The position numbers were made by a program, and so were the translations under genes. This document shows, in pieces, positions 18,323 to 29,123 of a stretch of 64,000 nt of DNA. The first letter of the stretch is position 1. Every line of letters starts with the position of its first letter. The notes under the pieces are model-generated. The model did no database searches and was not told the DNA's origin. It saw nothing but the letters and a program-made list of their open reading frames with translations. Origin of the DNA: Gemmatimonadota bacterium. Its GTDB lineage: Bacteria; Gemmatimonadota; Gemmatimonadetes; Gemmatimonadales; GWC2-71-9. The stretch covers positions 288,001 through 352,000 of the forward strand of contig JBDHAB010000001.1 in NCBI GenBank assembly GCA_039588295.1, written 5' to 3'.

Positions 18323-21300
18323 ATGAAGATTCCATCGACGTTCTCGACCACATTCGGCCCGCCGATCTTCGACGATCCAGAGCGCTCCCGCACTGCTTGG
18401 CTCGTGCACGGGGTGCTCGTTGGAACGATTGTCCTCGTGTTACCGCTGGCGGCCCTCGTTCCGGTGTTCAATCCCAGTCCGCTTCCCGTGTTGAAGTTGG
18501 CAGCCGCGCTAATCGCAGCTGCCATTCTCGGGCTGCTAGTCGTTCGCCGTGGCGCCCTGCGAGCTGTCTGTGTCGGCTTCACCTTGTTTGTGTGGTTTGT
18601 GATGGCGTTCGCCACCGCCGTCGACGGCGGGCTCCGAGCGCCGGCCATGCTTGGGTTTCCGGTCGTGATCCTGCTCGCGGGCTTCTTCCTGGGCCGCCGG
18701 GCAGCCGTCGGGCTCGCAGTTACGACTGCGCTCGGAGCGCTTGCACTCCTGTGGCCTGAGGTCCACGGGATGCTGCCGGCGGACCCGATACCGCTCGGCC
18801 TGCTGTGGCTGGCGGCCGCGGCGAGTCTGGCGGGTGTGGTGCTGTTCGTCCATTTCGCGCTCCGGCTTGACGAAGACCGGCGTGACGCGGAGCGGCGCCT
18901 CCGGCGAGCATTGCAGGCGGCGCAGATCGGAACGTGGGAATGGGACGTCACAGGTGGGGGCATCACGTGGTCCACGAATGCCGAGCGGCTCTTCGGACTT
19001 CGCCGTAGGAGCTTCGGGGGCACGTACCAGGCGTACATCGACTTGATCCACCCACAGGATCGGGAGCGCGTTGAGGCCCGGCTACAGCAAGCGCTGGATC
19101 GGGCGAGTCGATTCGAGGTCGAGCACCGCATTGAGCGTCCAGATGGCTCGGTGCGATGGCTTGCGAGTCGGGGGGAAGTGACGGAGTTCGAGGCGGGCCG
19201 ATCGGTTCGGATGGCAGGAATGGTGTTGGACATCACGGAGCGTCACGTAGCCGAGGAGCGACTGCTACGCCAGGTCGAGCGCAACCAGGCGATTCTGAGT
19301 TCGACCGCTGACGGGTTCGCCGTGCTCCGGCCGGATGGTCAGTTGGTCGAGGTGAATGACGCCCTGTGCCAGATGCTTGGATACTTGCGCGACGAACTGT
19401 TGGGTATGAACGCCGCCCAACTCGACGCGCAGATGACCCCGGGAGATATCGAACGAACACTCGAGGAATCGCAACGGAGCAGTCTGGGTTTCGAGACCAC
19501 CGCCCGCCGTAAAGATGGTTCGATCTTCGACATCGATGTCAGCACGGTCATGTTGTCGGCCGAGGATGGGCCGGCGATCGCGGCGTTCGTGCGCGATATC
19601 AGTGCTCGCAAGGATGCGGAGGCTGCACTCCGTGAGAGCGAGGAACGGTATCGGGTGCTGTTCGAGAATTCCCCAGCTGGCATTGGGGTCGTGGGTCCCG
19701 ACGGCGGTATTCGGGCGTTCAACAGAGCGATGCTCGAACCTGGCGGATATACCCCCGAGGATATTCGGCGTCTCGAGTCCGTCGATGAGTTGTACGCCGA
19801 TCCCGAAGCACGGGTGCGCACGTTGACGAAGTTCCAGCGAGACGGGTTCGTGCGGGGTGAGGAGGTGCGGTTTCGAGCCAGCGACGGCGGCACGTACGAT
19901 GCCGTCATGAATCTTAACTCCGTGACGTTCGACGAGGAGCCGTGTCTCATCGCTCACGTCGAGAATGTAACCGAACGCAAGCGCACGGAAGAGGCGCTAC
20001 GACAGAGCGAAGAGCGGTATCGGCGCCTGGCCGACAATGCGCCGGCCATCATCTATCGCTTGCGTCTGGGTGACGATCCCGGCTTCGACTACATCAGCCC
20101 TGGGGTAGAGCCCGTGTCGGGGTACACGCCGGAGGAGTTCTACGAGGACCCGGGGTTAGGTGTGAGGATTATCCACCCCGACGACCGTCCTGGGCTTGAT
20201 GCCCTGGTTCGAGGAGTCTTGCCCGAGTCACCGCACGCAGTGCGTTGGATCCGTAAGGACGGGACGATGGTCTGGACTGAGGATCGGGCCGTACCGGTCT
20301 ACGATGACGGGGGCGCGCTGGTGGCCGTGGAAGGGGTTGCTCTCGACATCACGCAGCGAATGCAAGCCGAGGAGCGCCTGAAGCAATCGGAAGAACGCTA
20401 CCGTACGCTGCTCGAGCGACTGCCGTATGCAGTCTACCGTAGCACGCCGGATGGGCGATTTCTGGATGCAAACCCCGCACTGGTTGGTATGCTAGGCTAC
20501 GACAGTGACGCGGAGTTGAAGACACTCGACATTCGCTCCCAGGTCTATGCAGAACCCGCCGCGCGGGACAAGGTCTTGCGGGATGCGGTAGATGGCGGCC
20601 TCGCAGAAATCCGACTCCGCCGAAAGGACGGCTCGCTGTTGTGGGCGGAGGATCGAACGGTGCCTGTTCTGGACGACGATGGAGAGGTGATGTGCTACGA
20701 GGGCACCTTGCAGGACATCACGGATCGCAAGCGCTCCGAAGAACAGCTCCGGGCGAGTGAGGCGACGTTCCGTGCGGTGTTCGAAGGCGCCGGGATAGGC
20801 ATGGCGGCGGTGGACTTGGATGGCCATATCCTGAGCTGCAACGCCGCCCTTGCAGAACTCCTGGGGTACGAGCGAGCGGTGCTCGTGGGCATGAACGTCG
20901 CGGATGTCTCCCATCCAGACGACCAGGATCGCGATTTGGCGCTGAAGCAGGAAATGGTGGAGGACGGCAGAGACGTTGGTGCGATGGACAAGCGGTACGT
21001 CCGCAAAGACGGCTCGATCATCTGGGGCCGTTTGACGATCTCATTGGTGCGAGACCCGACCGGTGAGGTGCAGTTTGTGATCGGGATGGTGGAGGATGTT
21101 ACTGAGCGACGAGCCGCCGAACGGGCCCTCCGCGCATCGGAACAGCGGTTGGCGAAGACGTTCGGCCTGAGCCCGGATGCAATCGCGATCACCAAGGCGA
21201 GCGACGGCAGGTTGGTGGAGGTTAACGACACGTTCGTGCGGCTGTCAGGATACTCCCGGGAGGAGGCGATTGGGAGAGATACGGTTTCACTCGGAATCTG

Positions 21301-24300
21301 GGAGCGACAGGACGATCGATCGGCGTGGATTGATCGGCTGAGCGTGGAGGGGAGTGCGAGCGCGGAAATGCCGCTGTTTGACCGACGCGGAATGAGACAT
21401 GATTGTTTGGTGTCGGCGGCGGTGATCGATCTTCATGGCGACCCGCACATTCTCTCCTATGTCACAGACATCACTGAACGAAAGCGCGCTGAAGAGGGGA
21501 TTCGGGAGCGGGCAGCGCTCGCAGCGTTCACCGCTGATGTCACGGGCGCTCTCATAACAGGGAAACCCCTACGCGACATCCTGCACCACTGCGCCGAGGC
21601 GATGGTGCAGCACCTCGACGCGGCGTTCGCCCGAATCTGGACGCTCAACGAGGCGCAGGATGTGTTGGAGCTCCAGGCGAGTGCCGGGATGTATGCCCAT
21701 CTCGACGGCGATCACGCCCGCATTCGAGTGGGAGAGCTCAAGATCGGCCGCATTGCGGAAGAACGACAGCCGCATCTCACGAATGCGGTCCGCAGCGATC
21801 CGCTCGTGCACGATCATGCGTGGGCGGTACGGGAGGGGTTGGTTGCCTTCGCCGGGTATCCGCTGATCGTCGACGACGAGCTTGTCGGTGTCGCGGCGAT
21901 GTTCGCTCGCGACCCACTCACCGACGCCACGCTTCAAGCGCTCGGATCGGTGGTGAACAGCATCGCGTCTGCGATCGAGCGTAAGCGGGCGGAAGAGGCA
22001 CGACAGGCTGGTGAAGCGCGTCGCCGTGCCATCTTCGAGCAGGCGGCGGTTGGGATCATCGAGTCCGCACTCGATGGTCGGTTCCTACGCACAAACGCCA
22101 AGTTTTGCGAGATCGTCGGATACTCAGTGGAGGAACTGGCGGGTTTGTCGTTTCAGGAGATCACGCATCCGGATGATCTGAGACAGGACCGCGAGAACCT
22201 GGAGCGCGTACTGCGCGGTGAGTCGGGCACCTTCACCGTGGAGAAGCGGTACCTGCACAAGAATGGCAGTCCGGTGTGGACTCAACTTACCGCGTCACTG
22301 ATCCGCGATCCGGGTGGTGAGGCCGAGTATTGGGTTGGTGTGGTCCAGGACATCACCGACCGGAGGAGTGCTGAGGCGGCGCTGCGGCGATCGGAGGAGC
22401 GCTATCGGACGATGGTGGAGCGCTTACCTGCGGGCGTGTACCGTTCCACGCACGGAGGGAAATTCCTTGAAATCAACCCCGCCATGGTCCAGATGCTGGG
22501 CTATGAGGGCAAGGAGGAGCTGTTGGCGATCGACATTCCGTCGACCCTGTATGTCGACCCCGAGGATCGCGACCTGCCGATTGCCATGGGTCGACAGGCC
22601 AAGTCTGAGGTCCGCCTGCGGCGGAAGGACGGTTCGGTGATCTGGGTGGAGGATCACGCGACCTATATCTACGACGACACTGGGAACGTACGGTATCACG
22701 AGGGTGTGTTGCTCGATATCACGGTGCGAAGACAGGCCGAAGAGTCGATTCGGGCAAGTGAAGAGCGGTTTCGGACGGTGTTTGAGTCCGCAGCAATCGG
22801 TGTGGCCGTGGTCGAGAAGAGTGGCGTTGCCGTCGAAAGCAACGCGGCACTCCAGGAGATGCTCGGCTACAGCAAGGACGAATTGGGCAGCATGCCGTTC
22901 ACGGAGTTCACCCATCCCGACGATGCTCAGAAAGATCTGGCGCTGTACCAGGAGCTGATGGCCGGGAGGCGCGAGAGCTACCACATGGAAAAGCGCTACA
23001 TCCGGAAGGATGGGCCGGTTGTCTGGGGGCAGTTGACGGTTTCACTGGTTCGTGATGCCGCTGGTGCGCCCCGCCATGCGATTGGGATGGTCCAGGATGT
23101 CACGGAGCGGCGCCGTGCAGAGGATGCCTTGCGGGACCGTGAGGATCGCATGCGGCAGGCGCTCATCGCGGCAAGCGCCGGCGCCTGGGAATGGGATATC
23201 AAGACGAACGAGGTGTTCTGGTCCGATGAGAACTTCCGTCTGTTCGGCCTCGATCCGGCAGCGGGGCCGGCCAGCTACGAGCGGTGGCTTCAATGTCTGC
23301 ATGCTGACGACCGACGAATGACCGAGCGTCACGTCGTGGAGGCAATCGGCCGGGTGAGCGATCTGAACACCGAGTACCGAGTTGTATGGCCGGACGGGTC
23401 GGTGCGTTGGATCAATGGCGTGGGCAGTATCAGATTGGATGCCGCGGGGAAGCCCGCCGCCATGTACGGGATCCAGATTGACATCACGGAACGAAAGCGG
23501 GCCACCGAGGCGCTCAGGGCGAGCGAGGAGGCCCACCGGGTCATCACCGAGAACTCCATGGAGGTAATGACCCGTGTCAATCGGGAGGGTCGTCTGGTCT
23601 TCGTCAATCGCGCTGCCGCAGCAGGGATGGGGACGACCACAACGGACCCCGTCGGTTTGCATTTGTCGGACGTCTATGCCCCGGAGATCGCGGACGAAAT
23701 GTTGGCTCGTATTGACAAGGTGTTTGCCACGGGGGAGGGAATCCTGTCCGAGCAAGAGGCCCACATTCGCGGGGAACGACGGTACTTCCTGACCAGCAAT
23801 CAACCGATTCGAGACAGTCAAGGGCGCATCGATTCGGTCATGTCGATTGGAGTTGATATCACGGAGCGTCTCAAGGCCGAGGATCTCCTAAAGCGGAGTG
23901 AGGCGCAGTATCGCGCGATTGCGGAGGATATGCCGGCGCTGGTCTGCCGGTTCCGCGCCGACGGTGAACTCACGTTCGTGAACGGCGCCTACTGCGAATA
24001 CTACGAGCGAACTCCCGAAGACCTCGTCAGCCGAAACTTCTTCGCGTTCGTTGCCCCCGAGGATCGGCCCAGCGTCCGAGCGCGCTTCACCGCCCTGACG
24101 CGGGAGAATCCGGTTATCACGTACGAGCGTCGCACTCGCGGGCCGGATGGGTCGACCCGGTGGCAGCTATGGACCGATCGCGCCATCGTGGATGATGCAG
24201 GGAGGTCCGTCGAGTTCCAGTGCTTGGGACGAGATATCACGGAAAGCAGGATCGCCGAAGCCCGCGTGCGCAAATCCGAACAGCAGCTACGACGGCTGGC

Positions 24301-24949
24301 GGCACGGCTGCAGGCGGTGCGCGAGGAGGAGCGTACGACCATTGCTCGTGAAATCCACGATGAGCTGGGTCAGGCGCTGACCGGGATCAAGATCGACCTG
24401 GCGTGGATCGTGGAACGCTTTCCGAGCAATTGGAAACGCGTGCGAGAGCGGGGCAAGAGCATGTTTTCGTTGGTGGATTCCGCGATCAACACCGTGCGCG
24501 ATTTGTCGGCGCGCCTCCGCCCTGCGGTGCTGGACGACCTTGGTCTGGCCGCGGCGGTCGAGTGGCAGGCGTACGATGTGGCAAACCGTACCGGATTGGA
24601 TCTGGTGGTCACCACGCCCTCCGAGGACGTCGAGCTCGACCGCGAACAAGCCACGGCACTGTTTCGGATCCTCCAGGAGGCGCTGACCAACGTGGTACGG
24701 CACGCGGAGGCAACAAAGGTCGCTGTCGAGCTGCGGAGGGCTGGCAACGGTGTCGTACTTGAAGTCACCGACGACGGCAGGGGCATCGCGGAGGATGTTG
24801 CGGAGCTCTCCGGGTCCCTGGGACTCCTGGGTATGCAGGAGCGAGCGGTGGTGCTGGGTGGGGATGTTCGCGTCCAGCGAATTCCCGAAGGCGGCACCAA
24901 GATGACGGCGACCGTGCCCCTCGGGCCCTCGAATTCGGAAGAGGTGTGA
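18323..24949 (+). CDS. Giant membrane-anchored multi-PAS/GAF sensor histidine kinase (HisKA_3 type)
   Basis: N-terminal TM region, 13 PAS/PAC repeats ending D(I/V)T.R, one GAF, EERTTIAREIHDELGQ H-box, QEALTNVVRHA, DDGRG and GLLGMQER. Start placed at ATG 18323. Confidence 0.9.
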   Translation: MKIPSTFSTTFGPPIFDDPERSRTAWLVHGVLVGTIVLVLPLAALVPVFNPSPLPVLKLAAALIAAAILGLLVVRRGALRAVCVGFTLFVWFVMAFATAVDGGLRAPAMLGFPVVILLAGFFLGRRAAVGLAVTTALGALALLWPEVHGMLPADPIPLGLLWLAAAASLAGVVLFVHFALRLDEDRRDAERRLRRALQAAQIGTWEWDVTGGGITWSTNAERLFGLRRRSFGGTYQAYIDLIHPQDRERVEARLQQALDRASRFEVEHRIERPDGSVRWLASRGEVTEFEAGRSVRMAGMVLDITERHVAEERLLRQVERNQAILSSTADGFAVLRPDGQLVEVNDALCQMLGYLRDELLGMNAAQLDAQMTPGDIERTLEESQRSSLGFETTARRKDGSIFDIDVSTVMLSAEDGPAIAAFVRDISARKDAEAALRESEERYRVLFENSPAGIGVVGPDGGIRAFNRAMLEPGGYTPEDIRRLESVDELYADPEARVRTLTKFQRDGFVRGEEVRFRASDGGTYDAVMNLNSVTFDEEPCLIAHVENVTERKRTEEALRQSEERYRRLADNAPAIIYRLRLGDDPGFDYISPGVEPVSGYTPEEFYEDPGLGVRIIHPDDRPGLDALVRGVLPESPHAVRWIRKDGTMVWTEDRAVPVYDDGGALVAVEGVALDITQRMQAEERLKQSEERYRTLLERLPYAVYRSTPDGRFLDANPALVGMLGYDSDAELKTLDIRSQVYAEPAARDKVLRDAVDGGLAEIRLRRKDGSLLWAEDRTVPVLDDDGEVMCYEGTLQDITDRKRSEEQLRASEATFRAVFEGAGIGMAAVDLDGHILSCNAALAELLGYERAVLVGMNVADVSHPDDQDRDLALKQEMVEDGRDVGAMDKRYVRKDGSIIWGRLTISLVRDPTGEVQFVIGMVEDVTERRAAERALRASEQRLAKTFGLSPDAIAITKASDGRLVEVNDTFVRLSGYSREEAIGRDTVSLGIWERQDDRSAWIDRLSVEGSASAEMPLFDRRGMRHDCLVSAAVIDLHGDPHILSYVTDITERKRAEEGIRERAALAAFTADVTGALITGKPLRDILHHCAEAMVQHLDAAFARIWTLNEAQDVLELQASAGMYAHLDGDHARIRVGELKIGRIAEERQPHLTNAVRSDPLVHDHAWAVREGLVAFAGYPLIVDDELVGVAAMFARDPLTDATLQALGSVVNSIASAIERKRAEEARQAGEARRRAIFEQAAVGIIESALDGRFLRTNAKFCEIVGYSVEELAGLSFQEITHPDDLRQDRENLERVLRGESGTFTVEKRYLHKNGSPVWTQLTASLIRDPGGEAEYWVGVVQDITDRRSAEAALRRSEERYRTMVERLPAGVYRSTHGGKFLEINPAMVQMLGYEGKEELLAIDIPSTLYVDPEDRDLPIAMGRQAKSEVRLRRKDGSVIWVEDHATYIYDDTGNVRYHEGVLLDITVRRQAEESIRASEERFRTVFESAAIGVAVVEKSGVAVESNAALQEMLGYSKDELGSMPFTEFTHPDDAQKDLALYQELMAGRRESYHMEKRYIRKDGPVVWGQLTVSLVRDAAGAPRHAIGMVQDVTERRRAEDALRDREDRMRQALIAASAGAWEWDIKTNEVFWSDENFRLFGLDPAAGPASYERWLQCLHADDRRMTERHVVEAIGRVSDLNTEYRVVWPDGSVRWINGVGSIRLDAAGKPAAMYGIQIDITERKRATEALRASEEAHRVITENSMEVMTRVNREGRLVFVNRAAAAGMGTTTTDPVGLHLSDVYAPEIADEMLARIDKVFATGEGILSEQEAHIRGERRYFLTSNQPIRDSQGRIDSVMSIGVDITERLKAEDLLKRSEAQYRAIAEDMPALVCRFRADGELTFVNGAYCEYYERTPEDLVSRNFFAFVAPEDRPSVRARFTALTRENPVITYERRTRGPDGSTRWQLWTDRAIVDDAGRSVEFQCLGRDITESRIAEARVRKSEQQLRRLAARLQAVREEERTTIAREIHDELGQALTGIKIDLAWIVERFPSNWKRVRERGKSMFSLVDSAINTVRDLSARLRPAVLDDLGLAAAVEWQAYDVANRTGLDLVVTTPSEDVELDREQATALFRILQEALTNVVRHAEATKVAVELRRAGNGVVLEVTDDGRGIAEDVAELSGSLGLLGMQERAVVLGGDVRVQRIPEGGTKMTATVPLGPSNSEEV

Positions 24950-24950
24950 C

Positions 24951-25580
24951 ATGATCAGGCTGCTGATGGCAGACGATCACCCGATCGTTCGAGCCGGTCT
25001 GCAGCGCATCGTGGCCGAACACCCCGACATGCAGGTGGTTGGTGAGGCGGCGAGTGGCGAGGAACTGTTACAACTGCTAGGGCGCGTCGAAGCCGATGTG
25101 TTGCTGCTCGACATCTCGATGCCCGGGCCTCCGTTCCTCGACCTGCTGCGAAGCGTACGCGACGAATGGCAGCAGCTCCGGGTTCTCGTGCTCAGTACCC
25201 ACCCGGAAGACCAGTACGCCGTACGCGCGCTGCGTTCGGGGGCGGCGGGGTATTTGACGAAAGAGCACTCACCGACTGAGTTGGCGGAGGCGGTGCGTCG
25301 GATCCACCGTGGCGGTCGGTATATCACGGAATCGCTCGCGGAAAAACTCGCACTCGCGCTGGATCCGTCAGAGGAACGACCGCCGCACGAACAGCTGTCG
25401 AACCGTGAATATCGTGTACTCTGCTGTCTGGGCGCCGGTAAGAGCATCAAAGAGATCGCTGCAACCCTCTCACTGAGTCCCAAAACCGTGAGCACCTACC
25501 GCGCACGCCTGCTCCAAAAGATGGGGCTCAAGACCACGGCGGACCTCATCCGGTACGCCGTCGAGCACGGTCTGGAATAG
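24951..25580 (+). CDS. NarL/UvrY-family response regulator
   Basis: ADDHPIVR, LDISMP and a LuxR HTH (LSNRE...LSPKTVSTYRARL). Confidence 0.93.
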   Translation: MIRLLMADDHPIVRAGLQRIVAEHPDMQVVGEAASGEELLQLLGRVEADVLLLDISMPGPPFLDLLRSVRDEWQQLRVLVLSTHPEDQYAVRALRSGAAGYLTKEHSPTELAEAVRRIHRGGRYITESLAEKLALALDPSEERPPHEQLSNREYRVLCCLGAGKSIKEIAATLSLSPKTVSTYRARLLQKMGLKTTADLIRYAVEHGLE

Positions 25581-25741
25581 CGCGCCCGGCCGCCTGCAGC
25601 GTGTAAGCCTCCGACCGACACGGTGTAGGCAGCCGGGCGGGCCCCCCCTCTTCGGATCCTACGCCCCGGTGCAGCCACTGGCGACAGCACCCGCACGCGT
25701 CAACTCCTAGCTTGCGATCACAGCGCGGCTAGGAGGTTCTC

Positions 25742-26137
25742 TTGAGCACCGCTACCAACGGAAAGTCACTTCGTGTGCTGATCGTCGACGACTCATCGGT
25801 GATCCGCCAACGACTCGTGGGATTGCTGGAAGAGGCGAGTGGGATCGACGTAGTAGGGGAGGCGACCGACGGCACCGAGGGACTCGAACTCGCTACCGCA
25901 CTCAACCCCGATGTCGTGGTGCTGGACATCCGCATGCCCGGCATGGGGGGAATCGAATTACTCGAGCGGCTCCGAGCCAGCAACGCTTCGACCACTGCCA
26001 TGGTACTGACCAACTTCCCGTACCCCATTTACCGCAAGCGATGCGCTGAGCTCGGTGCGCACTACTTCTTTGACAAGTCGACCGAATTCAACGAGGCGGT
26101 GGAAATGCTCCGCGGACTTTCGGAAGTCCGTCGCTAG
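25742..26137 (+). CDS. Single-domain response regulator
   Basis: VLIVDDS, LDIRMP and FFDKS; AGGAGG RBS before TTG. Confidence 0.88.
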   Translation: MSTATNGKSLRVLIVDDSSVIRQRLVGLLEEASGIDVVGEATDGTEGLELATALNPDVVVLDIRMPGMGGIELLERLRASNASTTAMVLTNFPYPIYRKRCAELGAHYFFDKSTEFNEAVEMLRGLSEVRR

Positions 26138-26162
26138 CGCCGATGGCGGAGCTCGGCCCGGC

Positions 26163-29123
26163 ATGAGCGCAATCCTGATCATCGCGATCCTCCTGAGTAC
26201 CGGTGCTTTGGGGTGGGCGCTCGTGTTGTTCTACCGCCGCCGGGTCATTTGGCTTGCAGCATTAGGTGGTGTTGTTGCCCTGATGCTGGTCCGCCAGATC
26301 TGGACACTGTTGCTCGAAGGTCTCTCGACACCGCTGTCCCTAACCGCGCGTCCAGAACAACTGCCGGATCTGGCTCTCGGCGCCGTCGCGTTGCTCGTGG
26401 TTGGGTTCATCCACCGCCACACGCGCCACGTCAAGCGTGTGGCCGCGACCCTCCCGATACGTGAACCGCATTGGCGCGCCCTGATCGAAAACGCCCTGGA
26501 CCGCGATGTCATTGCGGTTCTGAATGAAGACGCTCGCATCCAGTACGTGAATCCCCCAGCCGAGGTGATCCTCGGCTATGGCACGAAGGAGCTTCGGGAT
26601 CGGGTGGTGTTCGAACTCATTCATCCGGACGACAGACCCCAAGTCCAAGAGGTGTTTACGGATTGCATCCGGAAGCCGGGACCGGCGCCGAAGATCGAGT
26701 TTCGTATCCGGCGTAAAGATGGTGCCGACGTGTGGTTTGAAGCGGTGGGGAACAACCTCCTTGGCGATCCGGAGCTGCAGTGCGTGGTCGTGAGTTGTCG
26801 TGACATCTCCGATCGACGTGTCAAGGAAGCCGAGGTGCGGGATGCCTGGATTCAAACCCAGCAGTTCCTGAATGCATCTGAAGTGATGTTTGTCGCGCTC
26901 GACCAGGATGGGAAGATCACGCTCGTCAATCGCAAGGCTATCCGCCTCCTCGGATACCGGCACGCACGTGAGTTGATCGGGGTGGATTGGTTTGCGACGT
27001 GCATTCCCGACTCTGACGAAGCCGACGCCAAAGCGGTCTTCACCAAGCTCATGTCGGGTGAGGCTGCGCCGACTGCGTACCACGAGAACCTGGTGAGAAC
27101 TCAGGATGAACGTCAGCGTCTGATCGCATGGCACGACGTCGTTCTTCGTGGCACCGATGGCGCACCGACCGGAACCCTCAGCGCCGGTGAGGACATCACC
27201 GATCGACGCGCAGTCGAAGATGAGTTGCTCAAGTTCCGCATGGGTATCGAGCGCTCCAGCGACATCGTGTTCCTGACCGACGTGGATGGGAACATCCTCT
27301 ACGCGAACCCGGCATTTGAGCGTGTCTATGGCCATCGGCCCGAGGATGTCATCGGCCAGAATCCTCGTATTCTGAAATCCGGCATCGTCCCGCCAGAAGT
27401 GTACCACCAGTTCTGGCAAGCGCTCCTCGCGAAGGAGGTGGTGACCGGCGAGATCGTCAACCAGGCCAAAGACGGTACGCTGGTGACCGTCGAAGTCTCC
27501 GTGAGCCCAACGATTGGCGAGGATGGCAACATCATTGGATATCTCGCGATCCAGCATGACGTGACCGAGCGCAAAGCGACCGAAGATGCGCTGCGGCGCT
27601 CCGAAACCAGCTACCGCGAGTTGGTCGAGCACGCCGTGTACGGTGTCTACCGTTCCACGCCGGATGGCCGGTTCTTGTCGGTCAACCCAGCCCTGGTACA
27701 GATCCTCGGCTACGACTCGGCCGAAGAGCTGTTGAGCGTCGATATGGCAGTGGACATCTACGCGAGTCAGGGTCAACGCGCTCGGATGGTTGAGCGGTAT
27801 GGAGGCCAGCAGCTAGTCGAAGGACTCGAAGTCGACTGGAAACGGAAGGACGACAGTCGCGTCACCGTACGTCTCAGTGGTCGTCCGATTCTCGATGAGG
27901 CCGGGAAGGTCAAGTACGTCGAAATGTTGGTCGAAGATGTGACGGAACGACGTGCGCTGGAGCAGCAGCTGCAACATGCACAGAAGCTCGAGGCGATCGG
28001 TCAACTGACGGCGGGCATCGCACACGACTTCAACAACATCTTGACAACCATCATCGCGAGTTCGGAGCTGGCAGCGCAGTCACTATCCATGGAACAAGAG
28101 GAGGTCCACGCCGATCTCGAAGAGATCACCGGTGCGGCGCGTCGTGCCGCCGAGATGATCAAGAAGCTCATGGCCTTCGGGCGACGAGAGCACCTGGAGC
28201 TCGAACCGATCGACTTGGAACCCATTCTGCATGAGACGGCCTCGATGATGAAGCGGGTGCTCCCCGAGAATATCGAGTTGAGGCTTCGGGTCGGACAGGG
28301 GTGTGGCCTGGTACAGGGCAATAGAGGAGCCATCGAGCAAATACTGCTCAACATGGGTGCGAACGCCCGCGACGCGATGCCACAGGGCGGCAAGCTCACG
28401 GTGTCCCTGACCCGCTTCTTGATCGACGACGAGTATCGTCGTCGCCATGGGTGGGGTAAGCCCGGATTCTACGTGCTCCTCTCGATCACCGATTCAGGAA
28501 CCGGGATGGACGCTCGGACGCAGGCACGGATCTTTGAACCGTTCTTCACAACGAAGTCCGTGGGGCGCGGAACGGGACTTGGCCTCGCCATGGTGTATGG
28601 CTTGATCAAGCAGCATGGCGGATACATCGACTTGTACAGTGAGCTGGGAAGGGGGACGACGTTCAACCTCTATTTCCCGATCACCGAGGAGATCGAACAA
28701 GCCGACCGACCGACAGCAACGGCGCAAGTGCAACACGGTGCCGAGACGATTCTCGTGGTGGAGGATGAAGAGGCCATACGCCGCTCGGCGCAGCGGATTC
28801 TCGAACGCTATGGATACCGGGTGCTGGCCGCGGCAGACGGGCAGCAGGCCATGGCGTTTCTGCAGAAGCACTCGGGCGGGGTGGACCTCGTCGTCACCGA
28901 CGTTGTGATGCCGAACCTGGGTGGCGTAGGACTCTATGAGCAGACGCGGCAGGCGGGCAGCGGCGTGCGCTTTCTGTTCACCAGCGGGTATATGGCGAGT
29001 GAGGTGCTCGACCCGAAAGACGGAGAGCCGACGCCGCAATTCCTGCGAAAGCCATGGACCGTGACGGATCTCGTGACCAAAGTGCGCGAGGTGCTGGACA
29101 CATCACCCTCGAGAGTACCTTGA
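26163..29123 (+). CDS. Hybrid sensor kinase (TM, 4 PAS, HisKA, HATPase, REC)
   Basis: GIAHDFNNIL, NARDAMP, IFEPFFTTK, GTGLGL and a C-terminal REC. Start placed at ATG 26163. Confidence 0.92.
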   Translation: MSAILIIAILLSTGALGWALVLFYRRRVIWLAALGGVVALMLVRQIWTLLLEGLSTPLSLTARPEQLPDLALGAVALLVVGFIHRHTRHVKRVAATLPIREPHWRALIENALDRDVIAVLNEDARIQYVNPPAEVILGYGTKELRDRVVFELIHPDDRPQVQEVFTDCIRKPGPAPKIEFRIRRKDGADVWFEAVGNNLLGDPELQCVVVSCRDISDRRVKEAEVRDAWIQTQQFLNASEVMFVALDQDGKITLVNRKAIRLLGYRHARELIGVDWFATCIPDSDEADAKAVFTKLMSGEAAPTAYHENLVRTQDERQRLIAWHDVVLRGTDGAPTGTLSAGEDITDRRAVEDELLKFRMGIERSSDIVFLTDVDGNILYANPAFERVYGHRPEDVIGQNPRILKSGIVPPEVYHQFWQALLAKEVVTGEIVNQAKDGTLVTVEVSVSPTIGEDGNIIGYLAIQHDVTERKATEDALRRSETSYRELVEHAVYGVYRSTPDGRFLSVNPALVQILGYDSAEELLSVDMAVDIYASQGQRARMVERYGGQQLVEGLEVDWKRKDDSRVTVRLSGRPILDEAGKVKYVEMLVEDVTERRALEQQLQHAQKLEAIGQLTAGIAHDFNNILTTIIASSELAAQSLSMEQEEVHADLEEITGAARRAAEMIKKLMAFGRREHLELEPIDLEPILHETASMMKRVLPENIELRLRVGQGCGLVQGNRGAIEQILLNMGANARDAMPQGGKLTVSLTRFLIDDEYRRRHGWGKPGFYVLLSITDSGTGMDARTQARIFEPFFTTKSVGRGTGLGLAMVYGLIKQHGGYIDLYSELGRGTTFNLYFPITEEIEQADRPTATAQVQHGAETILVVEDEEAIRRSAQRILERYGYRVLAAADGQQAMAFLQKHSGGVDLVVTDVVMPNLGGVGLYEQTRQAGSGVRFLFTSGYMASEVLDPKDGEPTPQFLRKPWTVTDLVTKVREVLDTSPSRVP

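Noticed and set aside
27340..27385. LOV blue-light domain
   Set aside because: The motif is GQNPRIL and lacks the photoactive Cys of GRNCRFLQ.
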